DNA from: Myxococcota bacterium
GTDB lineage: Bacteria; Myxococcota_A; UBA9160; UBA4427
Direction of reading: 5' to 3'
Assembly (NCBI GenBank): GCA_036336835.1
Contig: JAYZFK010000034.1
Coordinates: forward strand, 32,001 to 96,000
Length of the DNA stretch: 64,000 nucleotides
Shown here: positions 40,689 to 50,623 of the stretch, piece by piece
Layout of the letters: every line of letters starts with the position of its first letter
Position numbering within the stretch: the stretch's first letter is position 1
The notes under the pieces: generated by a model
Database searches by the model: none
What the model was told of the DNA's origin: nothing
What the model saw: only the letters and a program-made list of their open reading frames with translations
Made by a program: the position numbers and the translations under genes

Positions 40689-41342
40689 TCAGCGTCGCGC
40701 CGCTGACTCGCGCAGCCGAGCGACCCGACCGTAGATCACGGCCACTCCGAACGCCGCGATGAAGCCGTAGCCGAATAGCGAGATCGCCCCGACGAGCGCG
40801 CCGAGCGGATCGGTCGCATAGCCTGGCAGGTAGTGCGCCAGCAGGGCGAGGTGCGGACTCGGATGGCCGCCGTAGCGCCACCACAGCCAGATCGTCGCCA
40901 GCACGAGTGCGATCGCAAACAGCGAAGCGCTGACTGCAGCAAAGGGCAGCGGGCGCAGCGAGACGACGCGGTGGACCTCGCCCAGCTCGCCGCTCGCGCG
41001 TCGCTCGAGCATGCGAGCCGCACCGGTCAGGAACCACGGCCCGTACGCCCGACCGATACAGAAGCCGATCGCGTAGCCGCTGCAGGCGGCCCACAGGGCC
41101 CCGACGACCGCGCCCCAGAACGAAACTGCATAGCCCGGGAAGAAGTGGGCCAGCAGGCCGAGCATCTGCCCCGTCATCGGACCGCCCTGCCAGTGCAGTA
41201 CCAGGGTGGCCAGGAACAGCCCCGAGCCCGCGAGCAGCGCCAGCACGCCGCCCAACACGTGCGCGTTCAGCCGAACCAGCGCAGCGGCCACCGCGTCGGC
41301 CCCGCGCGACGCCTTCGACGGATCCGACGGCGAAGCACCCAT
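40689..41342 (-). CDS. Hypothetical membrane protein with two copies of a hydrophobic repeat domain
   Basis: LAT..W.GG....L.LLAH(F/Y)(F/L)PGY....GA..G occurs twice. Confidence 0.75.
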   Translation of the reverse strand: MGASPSDPSKASRGADAVAAALVRLNAHVLGGVLALLAGSGLFLATLVLHWQGGPMTGQMLGLLAHFFPGYAVSFWGAVVGALWAACSGYAIGFCIGRAYGPWFLTGAARMLERRASGELGEVHRVVSLRPLPFAAVSASLFAIALVLATIWLWWRYGGHPSPHLALLAHYLPGYATDPLGALVGAISLFGYGFIAAFGVAVIYGRVARLRESAARR

Positions 41343-41752
41343 CACAGCTCCTGCAGCTCGCGCCGGATCTCGCGAGCGCGCTCGCGCCCGATCACCACGG
41401 CGACGAAGAGGCGGTGGTAGGAGTTCCACAGCCAGGCCAGCAAAGCGCCGACCACGAATCCGGCGATCGCGGCGTCGATCAGGCCGATCCCGACACCCGG
41501 CCAGCTCACGGTGTAGCTGGGCAGGAAGTGGCCGAGACGCTTCAAGTGGAATCCGACGAGCGAGCCGCCCTGCAGCAGCAGCGCTGCCGTCGCCAGCGCC
41601 AACCCGATGCCGGCGACGGCACCGGTAGCAATGCCGAGCGCCACCGAGTCGAGCTGCCCGAGGGAGCGCGCCATCAGCTCTCGCTCGCTCGGCGTCACCG
41701 AGTCGCGCCGCGAAACGGTCTCCTTACGCGTCTCACGCTCCGTCGCGGTCAA
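41342..41752 (-). CDS. Hypothetical membrane protein, one copy of the same domain
   Basis: LAT..LL.GG..VG.HL..LGHFLPSY.VS..G; GAGGAG before the TTG start. Confidence 0.75.
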   Translation of the reverse strand: MTATERETRKETVSRRDSVTPSERELMARSLGQLDSVALGIATGAVAGIGLALATAALLLQGGSLVGFHLKRLGHFLPSYTVSWPGVGIGLIDAAIAGFVVGALLAWLWNSYHRLFVAVVIGRERAREIRRELQEL

Positions 41753-43199
41753 CCGCCTTCTCCTCGTGGTAGTCGAGCTCAGCGTTCACCAGGCCGACGT
41801 CGTGTGCATCGCCCAGCAGGTTCTGCGCCACCAGCAGCCCGGTCTCGATCGAGTGATCGGCATTGTTGTAGCGAAAGGTACCGCCGCGCCCGGCGATCGA
41901 GATATTGGGCTCGTACCGGCTCAGGTACGTCTTGAGCCGCCCGACCCGCTCGGCGTAGTCGAGCGAGTAAACGGGATAGGCCTGGTGTGCGCGCAGCGCG
42001 AATCCCCCGAGCACCTCGTCGCGATCGATGAAGCCGAGGTCGTCGGCCAGGTGCCCGATCGTGCGCCCGACGATCTCGTCGTCCGACAGCGACCAGGTCG
42101 CATCGCCGCGGGTACAGAACCACTCGGCACAGATCGAGGTCCTGCCAGCCGGACACATGGCCTCGCTCCAGTTGCGGGGCTCGTGGATGCGAGCGAAGCC
42201 GACATTTTCATCGTGGACGTAGAGCCAGGTGTCGGTCGTCACGCACGGCTTGCGCAGCATGATGTTCGCAGTGATCACGCTGCGGAACTCGAGTCCCCTC
42301 GCCGCCTCGATCACATCGTGCGGAGCGCCGGGTTCGACGATCTCCACCAGCCTTCCGAGTGGAATCGTGGAGACGGCGTGGCGCCCGGAGACCTCGCGCT
42401 CGACGTTGGCCTCGCGATCGAGGTAGCGAACGGTCACGTCGTCCGAGCGAAGTGAGAGCGCGGTCACGTCCGAGTTCAGCAGCACTTGCCCGCCAGCCGC
42501 TTCGACGTCCTCCCTCATGCGCTCCGAGATGCGTTGATACCCCAGGCGCGGATACAGGAACGAGTCGACGAGAGACTCGACCTTCGGACCTGTCCGCCTG
42601 ACTTCTTGCGGCACGAGCGCGTTCTTGAGCGTCTCGTAGATCGACAGCCCCCGGGTCCGCTGCGTCACCCAGTCCGCTGACAGGAGCGAGCAGTCGCGGC
42701 CCCACACCTTCTCGGTATAGCGGCGAAAGAACATCTCGTAGAGCTTCGGTCCGAACTGCGCGATGTAGGCCTGCTCGATGTTCTCGGCCGACTCCCGTCG
42801 GAAACGTCGCCTCACCTGCTCCAGGCCGTAGCTCGCGACCGCGTGCGAGCTCGCGGTGATGCCCGCGGTGCGCAACACGTTCATGATCGACACGGGGTAG
42901 TCGAAGTAGCGGCCCTCGAAGTAGATGCGGCTGGTGCGCTGGACCTCTACCAGCTCGCCGCGCATGAGATCGCGAAACCACCGATCGAGCCAATCCTTCT
43001 TGGTGAACCAGCGGTGACCACCCAGGTCGAAGCGGAAGCCCTCGTGCTCCCAGGTCAGCGACAGCCCGCCCACCCAGGGCGCGCGTTCGAGCACACGGAC
43101 TGCGACGCCGCGGGTTGCGAGCTCGTGCGCGGCGGCGAGACCGGCCGGACCACCCCCCAGTACCACGACCGAGTCGCGTCCCGGTCGAACGCGGCTCAC
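41733..43199 (-). CDS. FAD-dependent oxidoreductase (UDP-galactopyranose mutase-like), homolog of 38809-40212
   Basis: GGGPAG, DLGGHRWFTK, YTEKVWG, AYPVY and GRGGTFRYNNADH motifs. Confidence 0.88.
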   Translation of the reverse strand: MSRVRPGRDSVVVLGGGPAGLAAAHELATRGVAVRVLERAPWVGGLSLTWEHEGFRFDLGGHRWFTKKDWLDRWFRDLMRGELVEVQRTSRIYFEGRYFDYPVSIMNVLRTAGITASSHAVASYGLEQVRRRFRRESAENIEQAYIAQFGPKLYEMFFRRYTEKVWGRDCSLLSADWVTQRTRGLSIYETLKNALVPQEVRRTGPKVESLVDSFLYPRLGYQRISERMREDVEAAGGQVLLNSDVTALSLRSDDVTVRYLDREANVEREVSGRHAVSTIPLGRLVEIVEPGAPHDVIEAARGLEFRSVITANIMLRKPCVTTDTWLYVHDENVGFARIHEPRNWSEAMCPAGRTSICAEWFCTRGDATWSLSDDEIVGRTIGHLADDLGFIDRDEVLGGFALRAHQAYPVYSLDYAERVGRLKTYLSRYEPNISIAGRGGTFRYNNADHSIETGLLVAQNLLGDAHDVGLVNAELDYHEEKAVDRDGA

Positions 43200-44212
43200 G
43201 CCGAGCTCTTCGAGCGGCGCGCGGTGCGCAGCCGATGACGCAGCCAGCAGGCGGCGAACGTGAAGCCGCTGTAGCTGAGATGCACCTGGTGGAAGGCCCA
43301 GGCGCGCGCCGCGAAGCCGGGACCCCGCAAGCGCGCGAGCTGCGCGACGAAGTCACGCTGTAGACCGAGTGACGCCCCGAGCACGAGCAGTGCCGCGAGC
43401 GTCATCGCGCCGCGGGCGGTGAGCAGGGCCACGACCAGCGCAGGAATCGACAGAAGCGCGACCGGCGCAAGCCCCGCCGCGATGCGCTGCGAGGTGCCCA
43501 GGCCCAGGTCGTTCGGCACCTCGCCCTGCTCGAGCATGAGCTCGCTCCAGGGAACCCCGCGCTCGACGATGTCGGTGTAGACGGCGCCGCGCAGCGTCCA
43601 GCGCTTGAGGTGCTGGACCTGGAGCTCGGGGTCCAGACGAGCGCGCCCGACGCGGCGAAGCCGATAGCCGAGCTCGATGTCCTCGATCTGCGGGCGCGGG
43701 AAGCGCTGGGCATCGAAGCCACCGACGGCGAGAAAGGCGTCACGCCGCACCGCGCCGCAGCCGGCCCAGAAGGTCGCGTCCTCGCGCTGGGCGCGATGGT
43801 GGGTGTAGTGGTGTCGCAGGTTCATGTACTGCGAGAAGAAGCCGGGATCGCGCGGCGAATCGTCGTACGAGCCAGACAGGCAGACGAGCTCCGGAGCGGC
43901 GGCGAAGGCCGCACGCACGCGCTCGACCACATCCGCGCGCGGCACGCAATCGGCATCCAGGAAGAGGACGACGTTCTCTTCGACGTGAGCGACGCCGATG
44001 TTGCGCGCCCGCGCCGGGCCAGCCGGATGCGGCAGCCTCACCACGCGGGCACCGAGCTGCTCGGCAGTCTGTGCGGTGCCATCGCTCGAGCCCGGATCGA
44101 CCACCAGCACGGTTGCGCCACCGGCTGCGCGCAGCACCGCCGGCAACACCTCGGGGAGGAGGAGCGCCGCGTTGAACGCGGGCATCACGATCGCAACGCT
44201 GCACTCGCCCAC
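43196..44212 (-). CDS. Glycosyltransferase family 2
   Basis: MPAFN, GPARARN, FLDAD, GGFD and IEDIELGYRL motifs; C-terminal TM segment. Confidence 0.9.
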   Translation of the reverse strand: MGECSVAIVMPAFNAALLLPEVLPAVLRAAGGATVLVVDPGSSDGTAQTAEQLGARVVRLPHPAGPARARNIGVAHVEENVVLFLDADCVPRADVVERVRAAFAAAPELVCLSGSYDDSPRDPGFFSQYMNLRHHYTHHRAQREDATFWAGCGAVRRDAFLAVGGFDAQRFPRPQIEDIELGYRLRRVGRARLDPELQVQHLKRWTLRGAVYTDIVERGVPWSELMLEQGEVPNDLGLGTSQRIAAGLAPVALLSIPALVVALLTARGAMTLAALLVLGASLGLQRDFVAQLARLRGPGFAARAWAFHQVHLSYSGFTFAACWLRHRLRTARRSKSSA

Positions 44213-44457
44213 TCGTTCTGCTCCCGTGCGTCCAACCGAGCCGTTTCCATGGTAGGACGCGCGATCAACCTGCGGGCCTCGCCCCGCTCACTCGACTCGG
44301 CCCGGGACGCTTCCAGGTACTCCGATCCGTGAGTTCACTCCGGGCCGGCCCGAAGTCCCCGTGGGGAGGCAGTGCCGCGGGGCGGACGGGCGGCGGGGGA
44401 CTCCCTACCCTGCGACGCCGGCTCCTCGCACGGCGCGGGCCGAGCGCGACGGGAGCA

Positions 44458-46233
44458 ATGCCGATGAGCCTGCGCGAGCCGCGCAGCGTGACGATCACCG
44501 TATTGCCAGGCGTGCTCGGCGCGGCCGCGCTGCTCGGTCTGCTCGACGTCGGGATCCACGGCCGCGGGCTCGACGCCTCGACCTCGGCACCCAGCGTGGT
44601 GCTGGGGATCGCATTGGCCGGCCTGCCCGCACTCGTCCTGGCCGCGGTCCTCGCCCTCGCGCCGCGCGGCCTGAGCGCAGCCTTGCAGCACCGCCGGGCG
44701 CGGCTCGCAGCAGGCCTCGGCGCCGGCTGCATGGTGCTCGCGCCCCTGGCGGCCGCGGCGCTCGGCGCGGCACGGTACGAGACACCGGCTCTGCCTGCGC
44801 GCGCGCCTGGAGGCTCTCCTGCACAGGGGATCCCCGCCCGGGACCCGCCCCACGTCGTGTTGATCGTCCTGGACACGCTGCGCGCGGATCATCTGGGAGC
44901 GTACGGGGGCCCCCGAGATGCATCTCCGTCGTTCGACGCCCTGGCCGCGCAGGCGACGCTGTTCGAGCGCTGCTTCGCCCAGGCCGCGTGGACGGTGCCG
45001 TCGCACGCCTCGCTGTTCACGGGCCTCTACCCGGTGAGTCACGGCGCGTCGTTCGAGCACGCGCGCCGACTCGACGACCGCTTCCAGACGCTCGCCGAGT
45101 GGCTGCACGAGAGCGGTTACCGGACGGCGGCGTTCGTCGCCAACCCGCACCTCGCCGTCGCGAATCTCCATCAGGGCTTCGAGCTCTACCGCGAGCTGGC
45201 GGCGCCGTTCTCGACGCTGCTGCTGCGCAGGCCGCTCAGCGTGCTCGGCGGTCCCGCACGCTGGACCGACGAGGGCGCAGCACAGGCCGTCCGCGAGCTC
45301 GGAACCTTCCTCACGGACTACGGCGAGCAAGGCGACGCTGCGCCGTTGTTCTTGTTCGTGAACCTGCTCGAGCCGCACTGGCGGCACCTGCCGCCCTACG
45401 CCGAACGCCGCGAGGCACTGGCCGCAACTGGCGGCTACCTCGCGGGAACCCTGGCCTCGACGCGCTTCTACGGACCGCTGGCGATGGCGCGAGGCGGCCT
45501 CGACGAGCCCGCCGAGCTGGCCGCCCTGCGAGCACTCTACGGCGCGGAGGTGCGCTATCAGGACCGCTTGCTGGGCCAGCTCGTAGAGCTGCTCGAAACC
45601 CATCTCGGCCTGGACGGAACGCTCCTACTCGTGACGGCCGACCACGGCGAGAACCTCGGCGAGGGGGGGCGCTTCGATCACGTGTTCGCACTGAACGACC
45701 ATCTGATCCGCGTCCCGATGCTGATCCGCTATCCCCCGCGCTTCGACGCCGGAGCTCGCCGGCGCGAGCTGTGCCAGCTGGTGGACGTACCCGCCACGCT
45801 CCGCGATGTCCTCGGCCACGCGGTGTCGGCCCGCGATGCCGGCAGGAGCCTCGCTGCCGGAGCGCCGGCCGCGAGCCGCTTTGCCTATGCAGAGGGCGAC
45901 CCGTATCTCGAGCATCTCGACCGCATGTCGCGCGCCGCGGGCCCGAAGCGCGACCTGTCGGATCTCGCGGCGCCGCTGCGCAGCGTGCGCGATGCGCGCT
46001 ACAAGCTGGTCTGGTCGGCACGGCGCGGCAGCGTGCTGTTCGACCTGTCCGAGGACGCGGACGAGCTGCACGATGTCGCCGCCGAGCATCCCGAGCGGCG
46101 CGACGCGCTCGAGCGCGAGCTGCGACGCTGGTACGAGAGCCAGCCTCACTACGAGCCGGACGCGCGCGCGCCCGCAACCGCGCTGGACGACGCGGTGCGC
46201 GCGCGGCTCGAAGCACTCGGGTACGCGCCTTGA
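44458..46233 (+). CDS. Membrane-anchored sulfatase-like/alkaline phosphatase superfamily protein
   Basis: Three N-terminal TM helices; DTLRADH, WTVPSHASLFTG and ADHGE motifs; C-terminal LEALGY. Confidence 0.88.
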   Translation: MPMSLREPRSVTITVLPGVLGAAALLGLLDVGIHGRGLDASTSAPSVVLGIALAGLPALVLAAVLALAPRGLSAALQHRRARLAAGLGAGCMVLAPLAAAALGAARYETPALPARAPGGSPAQGIPARDPPHVVLIVLDTLRADHLGAYGGPRDASPSFDALAAQATLFERCFAQAAWTVPSHASLFTGLYPVSHGASFEHARRLDDRFQTLAEWLHESGYRTAAFVANPHLAVANLHQGFELYRELAAPFSTLLLRRPLSVLGGPARWTDEGAAQAVRELGTFLTDYGEQGDAAPLFLFVNLLEPHWRHLPPYAERREALAATGGYLAGTLASTRFYGPLAMARGGLDEPAELAALRALYGAEVRYQDRLLGQLVELLETHLGLDGTLLLVTADHGENLGEGGRFDHVFALNDHLIRVPMLIRYPPRFDAGARRRELCQLVDVPATLRDVLGHAVSARDAGRSLAAGAPAASRFAYAEGDPYLEHLDRMSRAAGPKRDLSDLAAPLRSVRDARYKLVWSARRGSVLFDLSEDADELHDVAAEHPERRDALERELRRWYESQPHYEPDARAPATALDDAVRARLEALGYAP

Positions 46234-47189
46234 CCACCACCGCGCCCTCCCCGCCCGAGCTGTCCGTGGTGGTTGCGGTGACGAGTGGCGGGCTCCACGT
46301 GGACCAGTGCCTCGAGGCGCTCGCCGCCCAACGCGACGCGCCTTCGCTCGAAATCATCGTGCCCATCGATGCCTGGCTCCCCGAGGTCGACGCGGCGCGC
46401 TGGCACGAGCGCTTCCCAGAGGTCCGGCTCTCCCCGATGGCGACAGCGGGCGGCTCTGCGCGCGGCGACGCCGGGCCGTGCCACCTGCGCACCGACCTGC
46501 GGCGCGCAGCCGGACTCGCGGCAGCGAGCGCGCCGATCGTCGCACTCACCGAGGACCACGCGCGTCCGGCGCCGGACTGGTGCCGCAACATCGTCCGCGC
46601 GCACGCCGCTCTGCCGCATGCCGCGATCGGCGGCGCGATCGACAACGCGAGCCCCGAGCTGCTCGCGCGGGCAGTTCATCTGTGCGACTTCGGTCGCTAT
46701 CAGCGCCCGCTGCCCAGCGGCCCCGCGGACTTCGTGAGCGACGTCAACGTCTCGTACAAGCGCAGCGCGCTCGAGGCGGTGAGCGCTCATTGGCGCGATG
46801 GCTACCACGAGCCGGCGGTCCACCAGGCACTCTGCGCACGGGGAGGCGTGCTCTGGCTCGATCCATCGATCGTCGTCGAGCAACAGCGCGGTCCGCTCGA
46901 GCTACTGCCCTGCCTACACGAACGCTATGCGTGGGCCCGGCTGTACGCGGGCAAGCGCTGCGACGAGCTGAGCCGGGGCCAGCGAGCGGCCCGGGCACTG
47001 CTCGCCCCGCTCCTACCGGCGGTGCTCTTCGCGCGCCAGCTGCGCGGCGCGTGGACCCGGCGACGCGGAGAGAACGCGTGCGCCCTTCCCCTGGTCGCCA
47101 TCCTGCTGTGCGCCTGGAGCATCGGCGAAGCCGTCGGCTACTGGACCGGCCGACCGGCGGCGCGGGACACGCAGGGGACCGCTGCATGA
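46230..47189 (+). CDS. Glycosyltransferase family 2-like protein
   Basis: LSVVV, CLEAL..Q, R..GL..A, TEDH (DxD-like) and NVSYKR motifs; C-terminal TM segment. Confidence 0.75.
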   Translation: MTTTAPSPPELSVVVAVTSGGLHVDQCLEALAAQRDAPSLEIIVPIDAWLPEVDAARWHERFPEVRLSPMATAGGSARGDAGPCHLRTDLRRAAGLAAASAPIVALTEDHARPAPDWCRNIVRAHAALPHAAIGGAIDNASPELLARAVHLCDFGRYQRPLPSGPADFVSDVNVSYKRSALEAVSAHWRDGYHEPAVHQALCARGGVLWLDPSIVVEQQRGPLELLPCLHERYAWARLYAGKRCDELSRGQRAARALLAPLLPAVLFARQLRGAWTRRRGENACALPLVAILLCAWSIGEAVGYWTGRPAARDTQGTAA

Positions 47190-49030
47190 GGCCGCGCCGC
47201 TACGGACTCGCACTTCCGCTGGTCGGCGCGCTGCTCGGCCTCGCCTGCACGGAGACGGAGACTCCCACAAGCCCGCCGTCCCGGGGCGAGCCACCGAACA
47301 TCGTGCTGATCCTGCTCGATGACGCCGATGTCCGGGACTTCGCGTTCTATGAGCCGGAGGGTCCGATCGCGCTCCCCACGATCGAGGCACTCGCGCGCGA
47401 CGGCGTCGTCTTCGACCAGTTCTACGCCAGCTCGCCGGTCTGCTCACCCACCCGCGCGGCGATCCTCACCGGCCAGTACCCGGCTCGCTACGGACTCAAC
47501 GAAATCGTCGCGAGGGAATCGAGCCGCGGCCTGCCGAGCCGAGCACCGATGCTCGCGGCCTACCTGCGCGAGCGCGGTTACGCGACCGCCCACGTCGGCA
47601 AGTGGCACCTCGGCAGCCGGGCAGCCGCTCTGCTGCCGAGTGCCAAGGGCTTCGCACACACCGTGACGACCGGCCCCTGGCGCGGCTACCAGCACACGAC
47701 CGTCCTGGTGGACGGTGTCGAGCTGCCCGCGGACCCCGACCGCCACCTCAGCGCGCGCCTCACCGACCACGCGCTGCGCTTCGTACGCGAGCACCGCGAT
47801 GAACGCTTCTTCCTGAACCTCTGGTACTTCGCGCCACACATCCCGCTGCAGCCACCGGCCGAGTGGGCCGCGAAGCATCCGGCCGATCGAGTCGGACGCT
47901 ACGCAGCGCTGATGGGTCACCTCGATCACCAGATCGGCCGCATCGTGTCCGAGCTCGACGCACTCGGGCTGCGCGATCGGACGGCGATCCTGCTCCTGAG
48001 CGACAACGGCGGCACCGGCCCGATCCATAACCGCCACTCGCTGCCCCTGCGCGGTGCCAAGAAAGCCGTCTTCGAGGGAGGGATCCGCAGCCCGTTGGTG
48101 TTGCTCTGGCCAGGGCGCACGGAGGCGGGTCGCCGCAACGCGAGCGTCACGACGACCATGGATCTGTTCCCGACGGTCGTCGAACTGCTAGGCGACGATC
48201 CCCATGGCCTCGACCTCGATGGCGACAGCTTTGCCGCCGCGCTCGCAGGGCGACACCTCGAGCGGCGCGGTCCTCTCTTCTGGCAGTCGAGGGCCAGCAG
48301 CGTGGACCTCGTTCGAGCCCGCTCCGCTCCGGGCTACCTCAGCTTGTTCGCTGTCCGGGATGGCGAGTGGAAGCTCGTGATGAACGGACAGACGCTCTCG
48401 CTGTTCGATCTGTCGACAGATCCGGCGGAGGCAACCGATCTCGCCGCCGAGCAGCCTGAGATCACCCGCCGTCTGCTCGACGAATACGACGCCTGGCGGC
48501 TGCGAACCAGCAAGCTTCCGATGATCGCCGCATCCCAGAGCGGTGCGACGCGCACGAGCCGGGACGTCTACGAGTTTTCGGGACCGGGCCGCGTCGTCTT
48601 CGAAGCCGACCTGCTGCACGATGCGACCGATGGCGAACTGTCGTGCCGACTGCGCCTGCGAGCTGACAGCTCTGGCCGTGTGCAGAGGATCCTCGGCAAG
48701 GGCGAGGCCTGGAAGCTCGTTCTCGACGAGACCGACCACCTCGAACTCCGATTCACCGACCAGACCGGCGCGACCCACGCGTGGCGCAGCACTCGAGCTC
48801 TCGCGATCGGAAAGTGGCACGATCTGGCCGTGTCGTTCTCGGCACTTCGCTCATCTCGTCTGTCTCGGGTGTTCGTCGAAGGAGCGGTGGCGATTCAGGC
48901 CCGACACGAGCACCCGATCGCAAGCTCGAACTCGCCGATCGCGCTCGGCGCGGACGACGCGCAGTCCTTTTCCGGGACCATCGAGGGCATCGCTTGCTAT
49001 GCGCTCGGGCTGACGCGCAACGATCTCTGA
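47186..49030 (+). CDS. Cys-type arylsulfatase lipoprotein with C-terminal LamG-like domain
   Basis: Lipobox LGLAC; PNIVLILLDD, CSPTR, GKWHLG, PH.P and SDNG motifs; beta-rich tail with GKWHDLAV and F.G.I. Confidence 0.88.
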   Translation: MRPRRYGLALPLVGALLGLACTETETPTSPPSRGEPPNIVLILLDDADVRDFAFYEPEGPIALPTIEALARDGVVFDQFYASSPVCSPTRAAILTGQYPARYGLNEIVARESSRGLPSRAPMLAAYLRERGYATAHVGKWHLGSRAAALLPSAKGFAHTVTTGPWRGYQHTTVLVDGVELPADPDRHLSARLTDHALRFVREHRDERFFLNLWYFAPHIPLQPPAEWAAKHPADRVGRYAALMGHLDHQIGRIVSELDALGLRDRTAILLLSDNGGTGPIHNRHSLPLRGAKKAVFEGGIRSPLVLLWPGRTEAGRRNASVTTTMDLFPTVVELLGDDPHGLDLDGDSFAAALAGRHLERRGPLFWQSRASSVDLVRARSAPGYLSLFAVRDGEWKLVMNGQTLSLFDLSTDPAEATDLAAEQPEITRRLLDEYDAWRLRTSKLPMIAASQSGATRTSRDVYEFSGPGRVVFEADLLHDATDGELSCRLRLRADSSGRVQRILGKGEAWKLVLDETDHLELRFTDQTGATHAWRSTRALAIGKWHDLAVSFSALRSSRLSRVFVEGAVAIQARHEHPIASSNSPIALGADDAQSFSGTIEGIACYALGLTRNDL

Positions 49031-50623
49031 TCAGTCCGCGCCGCGGCGCCACAGCAGGTCGTACTCGCCGAAGCGGGCGATGCGCTCGAAACGTTCGTCC
49101 AGATGGCGATCGAGCAGGAGCGCCCCGATGTCCGGCCGGACAAGGCGGCGCTCGGCCAGGATCGCGTCGAGCTTCGCGTCGGTCCAGCCGAAGTTCCAGA
49201 CCACGATGGCGCGCACGCCCCGTCGCTCGAGCGACTCGACGATCTCCTGCTGCACGAGGCTGCGATCCACCACACCCGGATGCAGCTCGTGATAGCGGGT
49301 CGCCACCGGGCGATCGGCCAGGAAGTAGAAGGTCGGATCGCCGATGACGATCGCATCGTGACGGCCGAGGCCGACATGGATCGGCTCCTCCGCGGGAACG
49401 CGCTCACGCAACAATCCCACGATCGGCACGATCACGGCCGCCTGGCGGGCGGGGAGCCGAATCCCGCTCGTCCCCGGGAGTCCGAGCTCGCGCGCTCCCG
49501 GCTGCTCGAGCGACATCCGCGCGAAGCGCAGCCCGGCAGCCGCCAGGAACGAGGCCACCAGCAGCGCCAAAAACGCCGCGAATGCCGCGCGAGGCGCTGC
49601 GGCCCGCTCGCGTCCCCAGAGCTCGACAACCAGGACACAGCACAGCACACCCATGCTGAACAGGTGCGTGTTCTGCTGCACGTGCGCTGCGGCCCAGAAC
49701 AGCGGGAGACACGCAATGGCAAGCCAGCCCTGGGCGGAGACGCTGCGACGCACCAGAGCGTGGACGAGCCACAGACACATCAGCGCCTGCGGCGCGATCG
49801 CCTGTCCCCACTCGGCGAGCGCGCTCGCGACTCGATAGGCCTGGCGAAGATCACCCGGCTCGACCAGCACCGACGCCACCTGCTCGACGGGCGGGAGCCA
49901 GCCCGGGTAGGCCTCGCCGCGCACGGCTGCGAACTCGCGGAGCGGGAATACAACCAGATCACGCCAGGCGTCCGTGCCCGCGACGACGGCGAGCGCGACC
50001 AGCGCTGGCGCGACGAAGCACGCACTGCCCGCCGCCAGCCGCGCTACGGCCGCACCGCGCGCCGGCCTCCCCGCGAGCAGGATCGCGAGCCCACTTCCGA
50101 GCGCCGCGTAGGCGGCAACATCGTGCTTGAACAACGCAGCTGCCCCGAAAGCCAGCCCGGCACCGAGCAGCGGCCCTCCATCTGCGTCGCGCAGCGCTCG
50201 CAGCACCCGCTCCCAGCCGACGATCAGCAGCAGCCGGGGGATCGCATACGAATCCAGCGAGGGCGACGGCGTCCAGACGGCGAGTGCAAACAGCACACAG
50301 GCAGCGATCGCCGGCCACTGTCGGAGACCGGCGGTTCGCATCAGCCCGAAGAAGGCGGAACAGGCCGCTGCGGCGACCACGGCAGCAACCGCGTGCACCG
50401 CGATCAGCTCGCGCCCAAAGATCGCGAAGGTCGCGGCGACGGCGGCGCTGCTTCCGGGCGCATAGAGCGTCCAGAAGTCCCGGTAGGGCCACTCGCCGCG
50501 CAGCACGCGATCGCCCCCGACGACGGAGACGTCGACGTCGAGGCCCCAGCCCAGCCCGATCACCAGCAGCGGCAATGAGCCTGCGAACACGCCGACCGCG
50601 CACGCGAGCTCGCGCCGCGTCAC
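49031..50623 (-). CDS. Polytopic membrane protein, probable GT-C glycosyltransferase
   Basis: RVLRGEWPYRDFW..Y.PG and LFKH motifs; many TM helices. GTG start overlaps the PPTase stop. Confidence 0.75.
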   Translation of the reverse strand: MTRRELACAVGVFAGSLPLLVIGLGWGLDVDVSVVGGDRVLRGEWPYRDFWTLYAPGSSAAVAATFAIFGRELIAVHAVAAVVAAAACSAFFGLMRTAGLRQWPAIAACVLFALAVWTPSPSLDSYAIPRLLLIVGWERVLRALRDADGGPLLGAGLAFGAAALFKHDVAAYAALGSGLAILLAGRPARGAAVARLAAGSACFVAPALVALAVVAGTDAWRDLVVFPLREFAAVRGEAYPGWLPPVEQVASVLVEPGDLRQAYRVASALAEWGQAIAPQALMCLWLVHALVRRSVSAQGWLAIACLPLFWAAAHVQQNTHLFSMGVLCCVLVVELWGRERAAAPRAAFAAFLALLVASFLAAAGLRFARMSLEQPGARELGLPGTSGIRLPARQAAVIVPIVGLLRERVPAEEPIHVGLGRHDAIVIGDPTFYFLADRPVATRYHELHPGVVDRSLVQQEIVESLERRGVRAIVVWNFGWTDAKLDAILAERRLVRPDIGALLLDRHLDERFERIARFGEYDLLWRRGAD

